IMG/VR virus record: IMGVR_UViG_3300023173_001585
Span: 1-42,810 of that record
DNA length: 42,810 bases
Source: a virus
Lineage: Duplodnaviria > Caudoviricetes
Direction: 5' to 3' (one strand)
Positions within the stretch are counted from its first letter, which is position 1. Every line of letters starts with the position of its first letter. The notes under the pieces are model-generated. The model was not told the origin of the DNA, made no database searches, and was given only the letters and a program-made list of their open reading frames with translations. A program made the translations under genes and the position numbers. This document shows, piece after piece, positions 9,201 to 16,900 of the stretch.

Positions 9201-12081
9201 CATAGCAAGACTACTTAAAAATCCAACTTCATATGGTGTTGATTGGTATGCTCCGGTAGACACTAATAGTTTATTGGTAGCAAACTCAAGTCGTTACATT
9301 GGTGATCAATCTAATTTTAGATTAAACTACAAAACCAAAGACGTAGATATTCCAACAAACTCGCAATGGTTAATGATCAAACAAAATGATCCTAACAAAA
9401 AAGTCGATGAAAGAATATGGAACAAGTTCACAGACAGTTTAAGTGGTCAAAACAGTCAAGGATTGGCTGTGCCTGATGTTTCTAATCTAAGTGAATTAAA
9501 TCGTTATGGTAACAGTCTAAGACCTAGACAGTCTTGGTTTAAAGATGTGCTTGAAGCACGTAAAAACTTTGTTTATACTGCAAACAAGATACTTGCTAAT
9601 ATTAATTTAGATGTTGATTTGCCTGAATGGCAACAAACTGTAAGCACCGAATTAAGTTTTAATAAAATTGATTATTTTGCTTCTGGCTATAACAGTTCAA
9701 TTGTGATTGACAGAGAAGTTGATACTTACAACGACATGCTGAGTGCTACATTAACACCAGGTGAAGTAATCAAAGTTGATCTAGATTACAACAACAAGTG
9801 GGCCATTTACATCTATGGTAATAGACAACAGATACTTGGTACTGATGTTGCTACCTCTGGCAATGAACTAGTAAGAATAGCAAACCAAACAGCAACAGTC
9901 GAACTAAATTCAACTTTTTACACCAGCACAGATTCAAATGTACAAGCTGAAATTAGAGAAATAATGTCTACTATGTACAGCTATATTTTTGCAGGTAGTA
10001 GAAATGTGTATCTTAACACACTGCTGTTTAGTGGTATCAATACTGTGTTTTCACAACACAATGAAATTGATTGGCTAATTAAAACCACATATTTTGATGT
10101 GGTACAAGAAGATCAAAGTTTATCACAACTGGTAAGTTATCAACCAGATACATTTACCTATCTAAAAGATTATATAAACGAAGCAAAACCATATCACAGT
10201 AAACTGATTAATTACTTGAGCAAAAAGACTACACCGGTTGAATACGCAAATACTTCTGTAGTTGATACCTTGTCGTTTGCTCAAACATTGGTTTTTGATA
10301 GAACTACTAAAGATATAGAATTACTTTCTAACACTGCGGCCACAGATGCTGATCAATTGTTGGAATTAAAAAATAAATCTCAATTGACATATCCACCCGA
10401 CAACAGTGCTATTGAAAGAATTGGAAAATATTTCTATGCAGATGAATTAAATGCATTAGATACTTCAAACACATCTGCTGTTGAGAGTTTTATGAGTATG
10501 TTAAGAGATAAAATTGCACCATTTAGAGATGCAGACTTTGATGCTAACACATTTGTAACTACCGGTAACCCAGAATGGTATCAGTCACTGTTACAATCAA
10601 CTAACTCATGGCAAGCAAATGTAAACTACACACCAAACGTAGAAATTGACAGTAACTCGTTGATTACCACAAACACTATGATCAACTACAGCAACACTGA
10701 TCATTTCAATTCATGGAGTGCAAGTGCAAATTACAATGTTGGTGACATTGCCAAACACGAAGGCCTAGTTTACAAATGTAATGTCAAACACAACTCAGCA
10801 ATTGACCAAAGTGCAGTACTAAAAATTTCATCAATAATAAACGGTAGCCCAACTATTATCACAACTGATCAACCACATGGCTTAACAAACGAATCTGTTG
10901 TGACAATTGCCGGTGCAGATGGAAACGGTATCAGTGGTATTGACGGAGATTATTATGCATTGGTTCAAGATCAAAAAAGTTTTGCTTTGTATACATGGCA
11001 AGGCTATGTAGACAAATCATATTCTGAAAATGACACATCTACATCAGCATATTCAACATATCCGTTAGCGGCATTTGACAGTTCTTCCTTGGGATCGTAT
11101 ACCGGAACAACTGCAACAGTACAAGGTGCAGAAGCTTTTGATTTTTCAAAATGGGATCTTGTACAAGACTTTGTGTATTTGGCTGTTGAAGATCATACAT
11201 CAAATAATTTTGCCACAGATTACAGTGATGGTAAATGGCAATTGATAACAACTCAATTAGACAGTGCTGGTTTTGTAAGACCACAGCACGAAAATTATCC
11301 AGAAGAATTTATTCCAACTGTGGCCAAAGAAACACTGATGATTACTGTGGTCACTTATGAAAATACTGCTACTGATCTAGATGATATTGACAGTGACAGT
11401 GTTACCGATGAGCAACACGGGTATGGTGATCAGTATGCATTTAGAATTTTTTACAGCAATGACAGTAAAACTCAATACAAAAGATTACCAATGGTATGTC
11501 AAACTGAACTTACTGCTCCGGTAACTAATCAATCAAAAGAAATTAGAGTAGCAAATGCAGATGTACTGTACGACAGTGTTGCAGTGCTTGATCCAGATGA
11601 CTCAAACACAGTTATTGGCAATATTGATGCTGTTCTTACAGGGTCAGTTTCAGATTCAAATCCAGGATATATCTGGATTGATCAAGAGCTTATTGAATAT
11701 CGTGAAGTTGATGGTAACACACTTAAAAAGATTCGAAGAGGTGTACTAGGCACAAGTATACAAAATCACAGTATTAGCACTGTTATACATTCTGCAAGTT
11801 CGCAACATGATATTCCAAATGCTAAAGAATCGGCAATCTGGAGTGCATACGACTCGCTGGGCACTACCTTGATTGACAAAACTGTTCAGTCTGTTTGGGA
11901 TTCATCATTGTTTGCTTTTGATGACGGACCGTGGGACAAAGCCACAAGAGATCCGTCAGAACAAGCAGAATTTATCAGAGCAGGCGGAATTAGTGCATTT
12001 AACTTATACAACACAACATACGTAGAGCCCGGTTATGTAGAAAATCAAGCCGGTACGGGAGGATATTTTAATGAAGAGTAA
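265..12081 (+). CDS. Giant (3938 aa) virion structural protein, baseplate/tail-associated, multi-domain
   Basis: Uninterrupted 11.8-kb ORF between baseplate and tail-fibre genes. Contains NRQNYQLEP and PIDYDKFVNYDNYYW motifs, Gly/Thr/Asn-rich beta-repeats (SGGTGYSAG, SGGAGF, AGGSGY, DPGYG), CBM-like modules, a cupredoxin-like motif and YINEAKPYHSK near the C-terminus. Confidence 0.8.
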   Translation: MSYHDNNDIESNVELSNVQVSNANVESNSGIVSTDSTALSFLPEVFQTEKLKNFFDGTVEQVLRKPNDEKTTEYIGRKTDVYFDSSKDNYKIEKTKNRQNYQLEPGIVLKDNDSGETTNAIFYNEILDHIDHENGIVSNQNRLFNQKYYSFSPPIDYDKFVNYDNYYWYPSQDLNVPSIVVDGTTENFTANNSQTTFTLESAITETIIQKFVETDKNNSLSDTANIVFNLSNYFNSDTDIVKLDGSVFTSYTANNTNKTITFSTGDIDSNSIVEVFYITDVIKVNGITVDYDNYTALGKTLVLSTASSANDVVEISHNVRPDLILGNKEYVSPNNIKFSSGMLIKFNDAYLIDIQGQYQSQKFFVEGVNSASGIEFVELSTEPELFLADELLPWDSADSIGLADENGGWDSARWSSVSDITNPDYITIERGSRDNNPWSRTNGWIHKDNLTNYRTLQQTVNVFHPWDAVTDDIRGFDTGFWDVTTDTQETTFQLDNSRKGRRPIIEFEKNIKLYNYGTQHAVTVDVLADDDTVDDINGSSTYTVDGINIEDDMLILFRNSDFETTLVPWSGDAYPWDHDSDANVATGGPTGGDQGWDITGADFDVSSSVWQVTGHSTGNIQLVKYNNIATDFNISDGSKITVRLGTTYQGKEYYWDGFSWIESQAKDSINSAPLFDIYNNAGELISDGSPEAGNKIFGYEVGTGSNDPYLKFPLTYENYNTVGDIKFKNHLADANSTHGHLNYKKYIYKNKLQDTFYYTVIVHPSKRNTGNKYFIDNIEQQNLVFIKGNKYVLDLSDSSFSATGFSGLNHQFALSETPDGRWNSGTRYDTNVKYFIDDVQVLPADFYNSFASAEKRRIEFLPDQETPDQLYYYCVHHENMGGEIRTVENNISSLVDATVIEYQNEWVLKKEKSYQKVIQEFIVDSESNKNTFVLDATIAGDAVAKVYVNNKQLEYKVDYTISKNQIINTTNNISEGSHVLVKWQTLENKQLKSAYYEIPKNLSNNPQNKSVISYSFSDYLSHFYSTISNQSNLVGLASENNSYRDTQKDISQGDVILQHTAPLMKAGVHVNSLSRDLIKSIKLAQTDYTKFKNQFVTKAQSIIDSSDTSVLTDSELVDTILKEMNANKKATSKWSHSLMLAYGDTKQTQSITIDSTNKTWNTFSQGLPQVFVQDAQGFHQQSGEPGLEIDFRFDPATEKQTKSLYIYQNNKQLLMNHDYILDNSNSTTSIVFIADIRPDIGDVIRIEYFADKQPAWIPATPAKLGMTGLYKPEQTVDNGHAETTFYFIQGHDGSLTLNYGNDIDRALLELEKRIYNDCENKFIDPDYVPALSYQTLVSNYFNKKDYSYKDYTNIIRSQMHSWFVFNKVDWELNDSTNNNWRAWNWSSVANLEGDRTPGHWRGIFKKFYGTEKPHTHPWEMLGFTTKPLWWDRNYSWTSFTKRQKLINDIENGIIIAGERENLSDLSYTDKNNPYRHENFSSFVPVDISGNVLNPWAIGLCNKLPQGTNTELSWRIGDLSPAELAFYRNSAYPFALVSTIALMKPAEFFELFFDTLNSATATINKNNVYDKNTNLRQSNNVKVHRELDNSSVVVGTGYQQYISENIINNSSNVEINYGNIIRNSVPQLIHKQSAFIDFGSYKAQAESYSPTAQRTSVFIPTDDIDHLTHVSTPIQGSSYSAVVIEKTIHGYRVSGYDIGKNYFESTVSDINGLSVSVNIGGTPINIPSYTPNQTVAVDSFVRYEGAVYKATQPHVTGDIFEPKYYQSVKNIPITGGASATYYKQIKNNKVAKIEYGTEFKTIQEVFDFLVNYGRKLESDGWIFDEYLKEQNETSNWLYAAKEFLFWSLGSWSNGSLLTLSPSANRIKFKPKSGVVSSVEDVVGNTYSILDKNGAPVPAEDTQILRDGSQITIRHYNKTPLYFVNLYARELEHITVFNNTTTFGDKIFDPILAVRQPRLKQTLLRTKDWYGKYEANGFIIDSNAGIISNFETSTRDMTRYLDVDKPINNEILNETGLHTIGYQNRENLKNLEILDENQTKFYQGFIRQKGTENSIDKLLRSDVISDRQDINLYEYYAFKIAEFGGSGVNQSIEFKLDSTKIKNNPQLISFLPTSDSVVTTDVETDNIITIDVDDTENWIKKPDGDKTTTDLFSVRSEKFEMPTAGYVHVKDTTYQVFDKSNLNLHYQTNANSNIQLGSTYWIAYDNNRDWNVYRLSNLSQSIDGIVSADPLTVTVDDSTGNLISNVGETVDVVIPKHTDSNSNVVLDMVHGSKTLTLVESDQTISKTFALTDLLGSGADVTASGTADQVQKFIVKSGGTGYSAGDTVTVAGSGGSSAVGNVATVDANTGAITSITLSSGGAGFYAEPTDISILTGNTASAGANAVIRLKGNNPTYYAVGTLADTNTFVNGETVTDNLGNTATLLNTFTGAGITHLLLTNESGSSFGTATYIAGATANLSTISNVTTLPSANISDTDYDDFDKTFGGLLSLQVNAGGSGYINPNVEFNDTANSNVAGEVITANGSVTSAYITDPGYGFQQVLGTEATLAVEVLDRVDSANAVTLDFDDKLIKCSTISNIAVTVNNEFDTTNNGSARINVTDSANITFASNIDLTANTVTTALSNNLTDRSTSNVQLEFYLDAGTSASEGNVTVSLNYKKITYSVADTTGNSATANTVVDSYFNSSSHPLYFYKDVRLASRNNGIDQSNVGSNLSATVNDFVSNVCSDITFIEGDKIWLDNGGNNNWYTLTMTSNASVKTAYDNLATNANIETSITVGSDYWIIHSDVNYDSIESSVFESTARTNKNKSQINSNLFYRSKVVDVENRSRQTDFEIWDPIKRLFPGEAEREIKFISSVDPAVYTNSSDPNRDVDVTAWGQENVGRVWWNTSTVKYLEYENYNLDYKQQYWGKTFPGSTFGVYEWTESTQTPEKYTGSGTPINNTDYSTVSTTNKQNITTVKYYFWVKNSDIVPNVNWRSLTTTAIARLLKNPTSYGVDWYAPVDTNSLLVANSSRYIGDQSNFRLNYKTKDVDIPTNSQWLMIKQNDPNKKVDERIWNKFTDSLSGQNSQGLAVPDVSNLSELNRYGNSLRPRQSWFKDVLEARKNFVYTANKILANINLDVDLPEWQQTVSTELSFNKIDYFASGYNSSIVIDREVDTYNDMLSATLTPGEVIKVDLDYNNKWAIYIYGNRQQILGTDVATSGNELVRIANQTATVELNSTFYTSTDSNVQAEIREIMSTMYSYIFAGSRNVYLNTLLFSGINTVFSQHNEIDWLIKTTYFDVVQEDQSLSQLVSYQPDTFTYLKDYINEAKPYHSKLINYLSKKTTPVEYANTSVVDTLSFAQTLVFDRTTKDIELLSNTAATDADQLLELKNKSQLTYPPDNSAIERIGKYFYADELNALDTSNTSAVESFMSMLRDKIAPFRDADFDANTFVTTGNPEWYQSLLQSTNSWQANVNYTPNVEIDSNSLITTNTMINYSNTDHFNSWSASANYNVGDIAKHEGLVYKCNVKHNSAIDQSAVLKISSIINGSPTIITTDQPHGLTNESVVTIAGADGNGISGIDGDYYALVQDQKSFALYTWQGYVDKSYSENDTSTSAYSTYPLAAFDSSSLGSYTGTTATVQGAEAFDFSKWDLVQDFVYLAVEDHTSNNFATDYSDGKWQLITTQLDSAGFVRPQHENYPEEFIPTVAKETLMITVVTYENTATDLDDIDSDSVTDEQHGYGDQYAFRIFYSNDSKTQYKRLPMVCQTELTAPVTNQSKEIRVANADVLYDSVAVLDPDDSNTVIGNIDAVLTGSVSDSNPGYIWIDQELIEYREVDGNTLKKIRRGVLGTSIQNHSISTVIHSASSQHDIPNAKESAIWSAYDSLGTTLIDKTVQSVWDSSLFAFDDGPWDKATRDPSEQAEFIRAGGISAFNLYNTTYVEPGYVENQAGTGGYFNEE

Positions 12082-12087
12082 TAAATA
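12080..12087 (+). promoter_or_regulatory. T4-late-like promoter box AATAAATA
   Basis: One mismatch to TATAAATA. Lies in the intergenic gap, followed by an AAGGAG SD and the ATG at 12114. Confidence 0.5.
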
Positions 12088-12113
12088 CATTTATTGTAAA
12101 GGAGCAAACCACA

Positions 12114-13823
12114 ATGGCAATATCTAATTTAACTATCAGAGCCGCAACAACAGATGTTAACAACTTGGTTGCAAACGTTGATAGTAACATAACAATTAAA
12201 GGTACTCCTTTATCGCACGAAGAACTAGATTTAAACTTTCTTGAACTAGCAGAAACAATTCTGTCAACAGCAGATCAAAATCCATTAGAAGCAAATTTAG
12301 ATGCTAATTCATTCTCAATACTAAATGTTAGCACGTTGTCAGCAAACACAATAACAGGCAACTTAACAGGTGATGTTACAGGTGATGTTACAGGTGATGT
12401 TACAGGTGATTTAACAGGTAATGTTACAGGTGATGTTACAGGTGACTTAACAGGTGATGTTACAGGTGATGTTACAGGAACAGTTTCAAGCATTGCAAAT
12501 CACGATACTGGTGATTTAGCAGAAGGTACAAGACTATATTATACAGATACCAGAGTTAACAATGTGATAGCGAACACGTCAATTAATGCATTGTCAGATG
12601 TTAATACCTCAGGTGCATCTGCTAATTCAATACTAAAATACGATGGTGCTAATTGGGTAGTAGGTACCGACACTGATACTGATACCACAGATATCAGTTC
12701 AAACTCAATCACAGATTTATCAGATGTTGATACCACAGGAGTTGCTGATGGAAACTTTTTGATGTATGTTTCAGCAAATGCAAAGTGGGAAGTAACAACT
12801 GTGGCAACTGATGTCAGCGCCAATTCAATTGCAGACTTGTCAGATGTTGATACCGCAGGAATAACTGCAAATTCAATTTTAAAGTACGATGGCAACAATT
12901 GGGTAATAGGCACAGACGACACAGGAACTATTGCGGCCAATAGTATAACAGAAACAGAAATTGATACAGCTAATATTAACGTTGGTGTATTTGGCAAAGA
13001 CGGAACTTATGTTGAATATGGTAATATCATTAACGAATTAGACATGAATCAAAACAATATTACTGACGTTGCCAATATTGATGCCAATAATGCTGTTTTT
13101 TCAACAGCCAATATTGGCGAGATTAGTGTTGGCACTCTTATATCTAATAATAGTATCACAGCAAATGCTTTTACAGCCAACGCTGATGTAACTTCAGTAA
13201 ATATTGAAGCAACAGGAAATTTAAGTGCAAATAATATAACTACATCAACAATTGACGTAAGAGGCACAATATCAACACCATTAATATCAAACAGTACCAT
13301 TACAGCTGACTCTGTTACGGTAGAACACATAAATGCAAATGTTGATTTGTCTAACACTTATCCTTCTAGAATTTCAACATTTGAAAGATATGTTCCTTCA
13401 ACTGCTAACACTGGCTCATACTACACATCAATGATAGTGCAAGCCACATCAAATGGTGCGGTTAGTGATGGTTTTGGTCCAACAGTTGATTTTAAAATAG
13501 AAGATTCAACAGGTGCACCAAATGTGAGTTTGGGTTACATTGGTTTTGTTAGATCATCAGACAATGACTCAGGTAAATTTGTTATAGAAATAGCAGATTC
13601 AGGAACAGTTTCAAATGCATTATCAATTTCACCTGAAGGTAATGTTGGTTTGGGTAGTAGCACAAATGCAAAACTTGACATGAATAATGGAACACTATTA
13701 CTAGGCAATCTGTCAAATGCAGACATAGCCAATGTTTCAGCAGTCAACGGCATGATGGTGTACAACACTGATACTAACAAATTTCAAGGTTATGCAAGTA
13801 ATACTTGGGTTAATTTGCATTAA
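12114..13823 (+). CDS. Tail fibre / fibrous virion protein
   Basis: N-terminal KGTPLSHEELDLNF, (TGDV)n repeat, three LSDV..LKYDG.NW repeats and C-terminal GMMVYNTDTNKFQGY..W, all typical of phage fibre proteins. SD present. Confidence 0.75.
   Translation: MAISNLTIRAATTDVNNLVANVDSNITIKGTPLSHEELDLNFLELAETILSTADQNPLEANLDANSFSILNVSTLSANTITGNLTGDVTGDVTGDVTGDLTGNVTGDVTGDLTGDVTGDVTGTVSSIANHDTGDLAEGTRLYYTDTRVNNVIANTSINALSDVNTSGASANSILKYDGANWVVGTDTDTDTTDISSNSITDLSDVDTTGVADGNFLMYVSANAKWEVTTVATDVSANSIADLSDVDTAGITANSILKYDGNNWVIGTDDTGTIAANSITETEIDTANINVGVFGKDGTYVEYGNIINELDMNQNNITDVANIDANNAVFSTANIGEISVGTLISNNSITANAFTANADVTSVNIEATGNLSANNITTSTIDVRGTISTPLISNSTITADSVTVEHINANVDLSNTYPSRISTFERYVPSTANTGSYYTSMIVQATSNGAVSDGFGPTVDFKIEDSTGAPNVSLGYIGFVRSSDNDSGKFVIEIADSGTVSNALSISPEGNVGLGSSTNAKLDMNNGTLLLGNLSNADIANVSAVNGMMVYNTDTNKFQGYASNTWVNLH
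12354..12479 (+). repeat. 12-bp tandem repeat (ACAGGTGATGTT consensus), about 10.5 copies, encoding TG(D/N)(V/L)
   Basis: Directly visible in DNA and protein. Confidence 0.95.
12579..12920 (+). repeat. Three ~40-aa internal repeats (SIxxLSDVxTxG...LxY...W)
   Basis: SINALSDVNTSG..ILKYDGANW / SITDLSDVDTTG..FLMYVSANAKW / SIADLSDVDTAG..ILKYDGNNW. Confidence 0.85.
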
Positions 13824-13841
13824 TAAAAAAATAACCCATGT

Positions 13842-13876
13842 TTATGTTGACAATAAATAACAACATAAGGTATAAT
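13842..13876 (+). promoter_or_regulatory. Composite promoter: sigma70-type TTGACA-18-TATAAT with an internal late-like AATAAATA inside an 8-bp inverted repeat
   Basis: TTGACA 13847-13852, AATAAATA 13852-13859, TATAAT 13871-13876. Inverted repeat TTATGTTG 13842-13849 / CAACATAA 13861-13868. Confidence 0.6.
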
Positions 13877-13883
13877 GTAAAAA

Positions 13884-14537
13884 ATGACAGATAAAAATAT
13901 AGATAAAAAACCCAATGAAACTGGCACAGTTAAAGTGCAAGGTCATGTGCTGATCACAGATAAAAATTCCGGTGAAGTTTTAGTTGACAAAAAAAATGCT
14001 ATTCACTTTGGAAATATGGCATATGTTATTGCATCTGCTCTTAGTCATCATAACTTAAATGATTCAGGTATTTACTGGATGGGATTTGGAAATGGTGGTT
14101 CTGATGTGTTATCCACAGGTAGTATCAAATACAAAGGTACTAACACAGGAACAACCAAAGACAACTCTTCAGATTTGTATAACAGAACATATAACAAAGT
14201 TGTTGCAAAACCCAGTTCAACTACCACAGTTTCAAGCGGTGATCCTGACAACAACATTGAAATACTTGATTCAACAGGACCATATACTGATATCAAAGTC
14301 ACATGTACTCTAGATTTTGGAGAACCATCAGGCCAAGATGCACAAGATAATGCAACTGCTGACACTGATTATGTGTTTGACGAACTAGGTCTTTTTGCAT
14401 ATTACCAAGATACTGCATCAGGCACACTAGACATTGAACAAAGTCTACTGCTTTCGCATGTGATTTTTCACCCTGTACAGAAAAGTACAAACAGACAAAT
14501 TGAGGTTGTATACACTGTTCGAGTGCAAATGCAGTAA
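13884..14537 (+). CDS. Virion structural protein (baseplate/tail-associated)
   Basis: YVFDELGL and LLSHVIFHPVQKS.NR.IEVVYTVRVQ motifs, recalled as typical of large-phage tail modules, and structural context. Confidence 0.65.
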   Translation: MTDKNIDKKPNETGTVKVQGHVLITDKNSGEVLVDKKNAIHFGNMAYVIASALSHHNLNDSGIYWMGFGNGGSDVLSTGSIKYKGTNTGTTKDNSSDLYNRTYNKVVAKPSSTTTVSSGDPDNNIEILDSTGPYTDIKVTCTLDFGEPSGQDAQDNATADTDYVFDELGLFAYYQDTASGTLDIEQSLLLSHVIFHPVQKSTNRQIEVVYTVRVQMQ

Positions 14538-14593
14538 ATTTTATGGAATATAAAGGAATTATAACGCATTACAAAGTAAAAATTAACACTGCG

Positions 14594-14601
14594 TATAAAT
14601 A
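14594..14601 (+). promoter_or_regulatory. T4-type late promoter TATAAATA
   Basis: Exact match, followed by an AAGGAG SD and the ATG at 14617. Confidence 0.7.
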
Positions 14602-14616
14602 TGTAAGGAGCAACAG

Positions 14617-15924
14617 ATGAGTTATACAATTAATAACACAAGAGGATCAGTGGTCACCACAGTTACTCCGGGAACTACCCAAGTAGTTGGTGGTATTACA
14701 CTGATCGGTAAAAACTATACAGGTTACGGCGAAATTATTGCTGAAGATTTTGTAAGAATACTTGAAAATCAAGCCAGCAACACAGCACCCAGTGCCGCAT
14801 TAACCGGACAATTATGGTACGACACAACAACCAATCAAGTTGGTTTAAAAGTTTATAATGGTACAGGCTGGGATAGAACCACACCACAAGTAGGTTCAAC
14901 TACACCAAGTTCTCCTACAGCAGGTACGCTTTGGTTAGATACCGGTTCTGACAATGTTTTAAAAATCTACAACGGTAGTGATTGGATTTCAACTGCAATG
15001 GGATCAGATGATACCAAGCAAGTGCCGGTCACAGTAAAAGTAGGTGACAACAGTTGGGTATCTACATCCGTTAGAAAAAATGGATATTCATCAAATTCAG
15101 ATGCCGAAGTTGGTGTGACAGCAGTTATAGGTAAAGATGCATCTGGAGTAGACACTGTGATTGCAGTTTATTCTCCGGCTTCGTTTACTATCAGTTCTAA
15201 CACTACAAGTTATGCTAATACCACAACAGTGGTAGGAAAAATTTGTGCTAACTTTACAGCAGATGGTGCCAACGTTGCTGGATCATTAAACGCTGGTTTA
15301 AATATCAGAGATGGTTTTATTGATGCAGAATCGGCTCCATTAGCAGATGAATCATTAGCACTACAAGATTCAGGTAATTCAAGCATCAGCTATTCTTCAG
15401 ATGATCTTTTTGTACTTGCAAAAACAACAGATCAAACACACAGCGGAAATCTAGTTCCAAGTTCAAACAATGCTATTGACTTAGGAAGTTCAAGCAACAA
15501 ATATGCAAATATTTACGGTGTAAGTGTTGAAGCAACATACGCCGATATCGCTGAAAGATTTGAAGCAGATGAACCACTAGATGCAGGAACAGTTATTGCA
15601 CTAGGTGGTGCAAAAGAAATTACTAAAACTGCCGAAAGAGCAGACAATAAAGTATTTGGTGTTATTTCCAAAACACCAGCATTTAAAATGAATGCCGGTG
15701 CCGGTGATGACGCCACACATCCTTTTGTTGCATTTTCTGGAAGGGTACTTTGCAAAGTCAAAGGTCCTGTAACAAAAGGAGATAGATTGGTCAGCAGTGA
15801 CGTTCCAGGCGTTGCTGTCAAAGCCAATCCCGATGATGACTGGAAAGCGACTTTTGGTCGTGCTCTAGTTGATAAAACATCAATTAACATAGAAAAAATA
15901 ACTATTGCAATAGGAGTGAAATAA
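14617..15924 (+). CDS. Tail fibre/baseplate protein with a C-terminal peptidase G2/IMC-like chaperone domain
   Basis: N-terminal LIGKNYTGYGE..ENQA..GQLWYD. C-terminal YADIAERFEAD..GTVIALGG..GVIS..PAF.MN..VAFSGRV.CKVKG.V.KGDRLVSS. Confidence 0.7.
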   Translation: MSYTINNTRGSVVTTVTPGTTQVVGGITLIGKNYTGYGEIIAEDFVRILENQASNTAPSAALTGQLWYDTTTNQVGLKVYNGTGWDRTTPQVGSTTPSSPTAGTLWLDTGSDNVLKIYNGSDWISTAMGSDDTKQVPVTVKVGDNSWVSTSVRKNGYSSNSDAEVGVTAVIGKDASGVDTVIAVYSPASFTISSNTTSYANTTTVVGKICANFTADGANVAGSLNAGLNIRDGFIDAESAPLADESLALQDSGNSSISYSSDDLFVLAKTTDQTHSGNLVPSSNNAIDLGSSSNKYANIYGVSVEATYADIAERFEADEPLDAGTVIALGGAKEITKTAERADNKVFGVISKTPAFKMNAGAGDDATHPFVAFSGRVLCKVKGPVTKGDRLVSSDVPGVAVKANPDDDWKATFGRALVDKTSINIEKITIAIGVK

Positions 15925-15925
15925 A

Positions 15926-16831
15926 ATGGCTTATCAACAGGGAGATACTATTACAGCTACAGATTACAACAATTTTGTTGCTAATATCAATGCTGTGATC
16001 AGTACAGGTTCCGGTGATAGTGGGTATGGCTTAACAGCAGTTAGCAGTGTATCCGTTGGAGCAACTATCTCAGCCGCCCAATGGAATTCATTACTAGATG
16101 GTTTACAGACCGCCGGTAATCACCAAGGAACAACATTAACAAACGCATCAAACACAGTAACAACAGGAGGTAACATTTTGCCTTTGGCAAACTTAGCCGC
16201 TGACATTACTTTGATTGACACAAACAGATTAACAGCAGACGCAGGCAATATGTCAACTGGTGTTGCAGGTACAAGTTCATCAAGAACAACAGCATGGACA
16301 GGTACTGTATCACACACATTTACAGTAACATATGCAGATGCCAATGCCGCTAGATATTTCTTTAATTCAGGTGGTAAAATCAAGTTTGCTTTTTCAAGAT
16401 CAGGCGGTACTACATCAGATCAGAACACATCTTGGACTAACTTACTTTCAGGACTAGGCACAGTTGAATTTGGTGCTACTGGTTCACAGAGTACAGGTTC
16501 AGCAGGTTTTTATGATCTAACAGGTACACCAGCTAGTGTTTATAACTCAGCTGTAGGATCAGGTGCATATTCGGCCAACGATGTAGACATTGCGGCTTCA
16601 GTATCATCAAATGTGATTACATTTACAGTATCATTTAATGATGATCATGCGGCGGCCACTGGTACATACACAGGTGGCGGTCTAGGTACTGCGCCAAATG
16701 AAGGTACAGGTTGGACAGGTACTGACTCAGTGGATGGTACATTAACATCTACTATTACATTTGACAAGGCAGATAATGCCTCTTATGTACAGGTAGCGTC
16801 ACCAACATTTAGTACCACATCAGGCTTATAA
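15926..16831 (+). CDS. Virion structural protein (Thr/Gly/Ser-rich)
   Basis: MAYQQGDTITATDYN, SGYG, ARYFFNSGG motifs. Last gene of the structural block. Confidence 0.65.
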   Translation: MAYQQGDTITATDYNNFVANINAVISTGSGDSGYGLTAVSSVSVGATISAAQWNSLLDGLQTAGNHQGTTLTNASNTVTTGGNILPLANLAADITLIDTNRLTADAGNMSTGVAGTSSSRTTAWTGTVSHTFTVTYADANAARYFFNSGGKIKFAFSRSGGTTSDQNTSWTNLLSGLGTVEFGATGSQSTGSAGFYDLTGTPASVYNSAVGSGAYSANDVDIAASVSSNVITFTVSFNDDHAAATGTYTGGGLGTAPNEGTGWTGTDSVDGTLTSTITFDKADNASYVQVASPTFSTTSGL

Positions 16832-16847
16832 AATAACAATTAATTTG

Positions 16848-16876
16848 TTGACAAATTAAACCTCCGATGTTAATAT
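16848..16876 (+). promoter_or_regulatory. sigma70-type promoter TTGACA-17-TAATAT with extended -10 TGn
   Basis: TTGACA 16848-16853, TG 16868-16869, TAATAT 16871-16876. The -35 lies in a 9-2-9 palindrome (16840-16859). Confidence 0.7.
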
Positions 16877-16900
16877 TAACAAAACATCGGAGGTTTTTTT
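16858..16900 (+). terminator. Intrinsic terminator-like hairpin ending the structural block; its 3' arm contains the SD of the next gene
   Basis: AAACCTCCGATGTT - 11-nt loop - AACATCGGAGGTTT, running into T7 (16894-16900). ATG at 16901. Confidence 0.75.

Noticed and set aside
1143-16383. Many antisense and alternate-frame ORFs within the structural genes
   Set aside because: Shadow ORFs caused by codon bias and repeats, with no SD or motifs, fully nested in strong CDSs.
14617-16831. Diversity-generating retroelement or invertible tail-fibre cassette
   Set aside because: No reverse transcriptase, invertase or TR/VR repeat pair was seen in the window.
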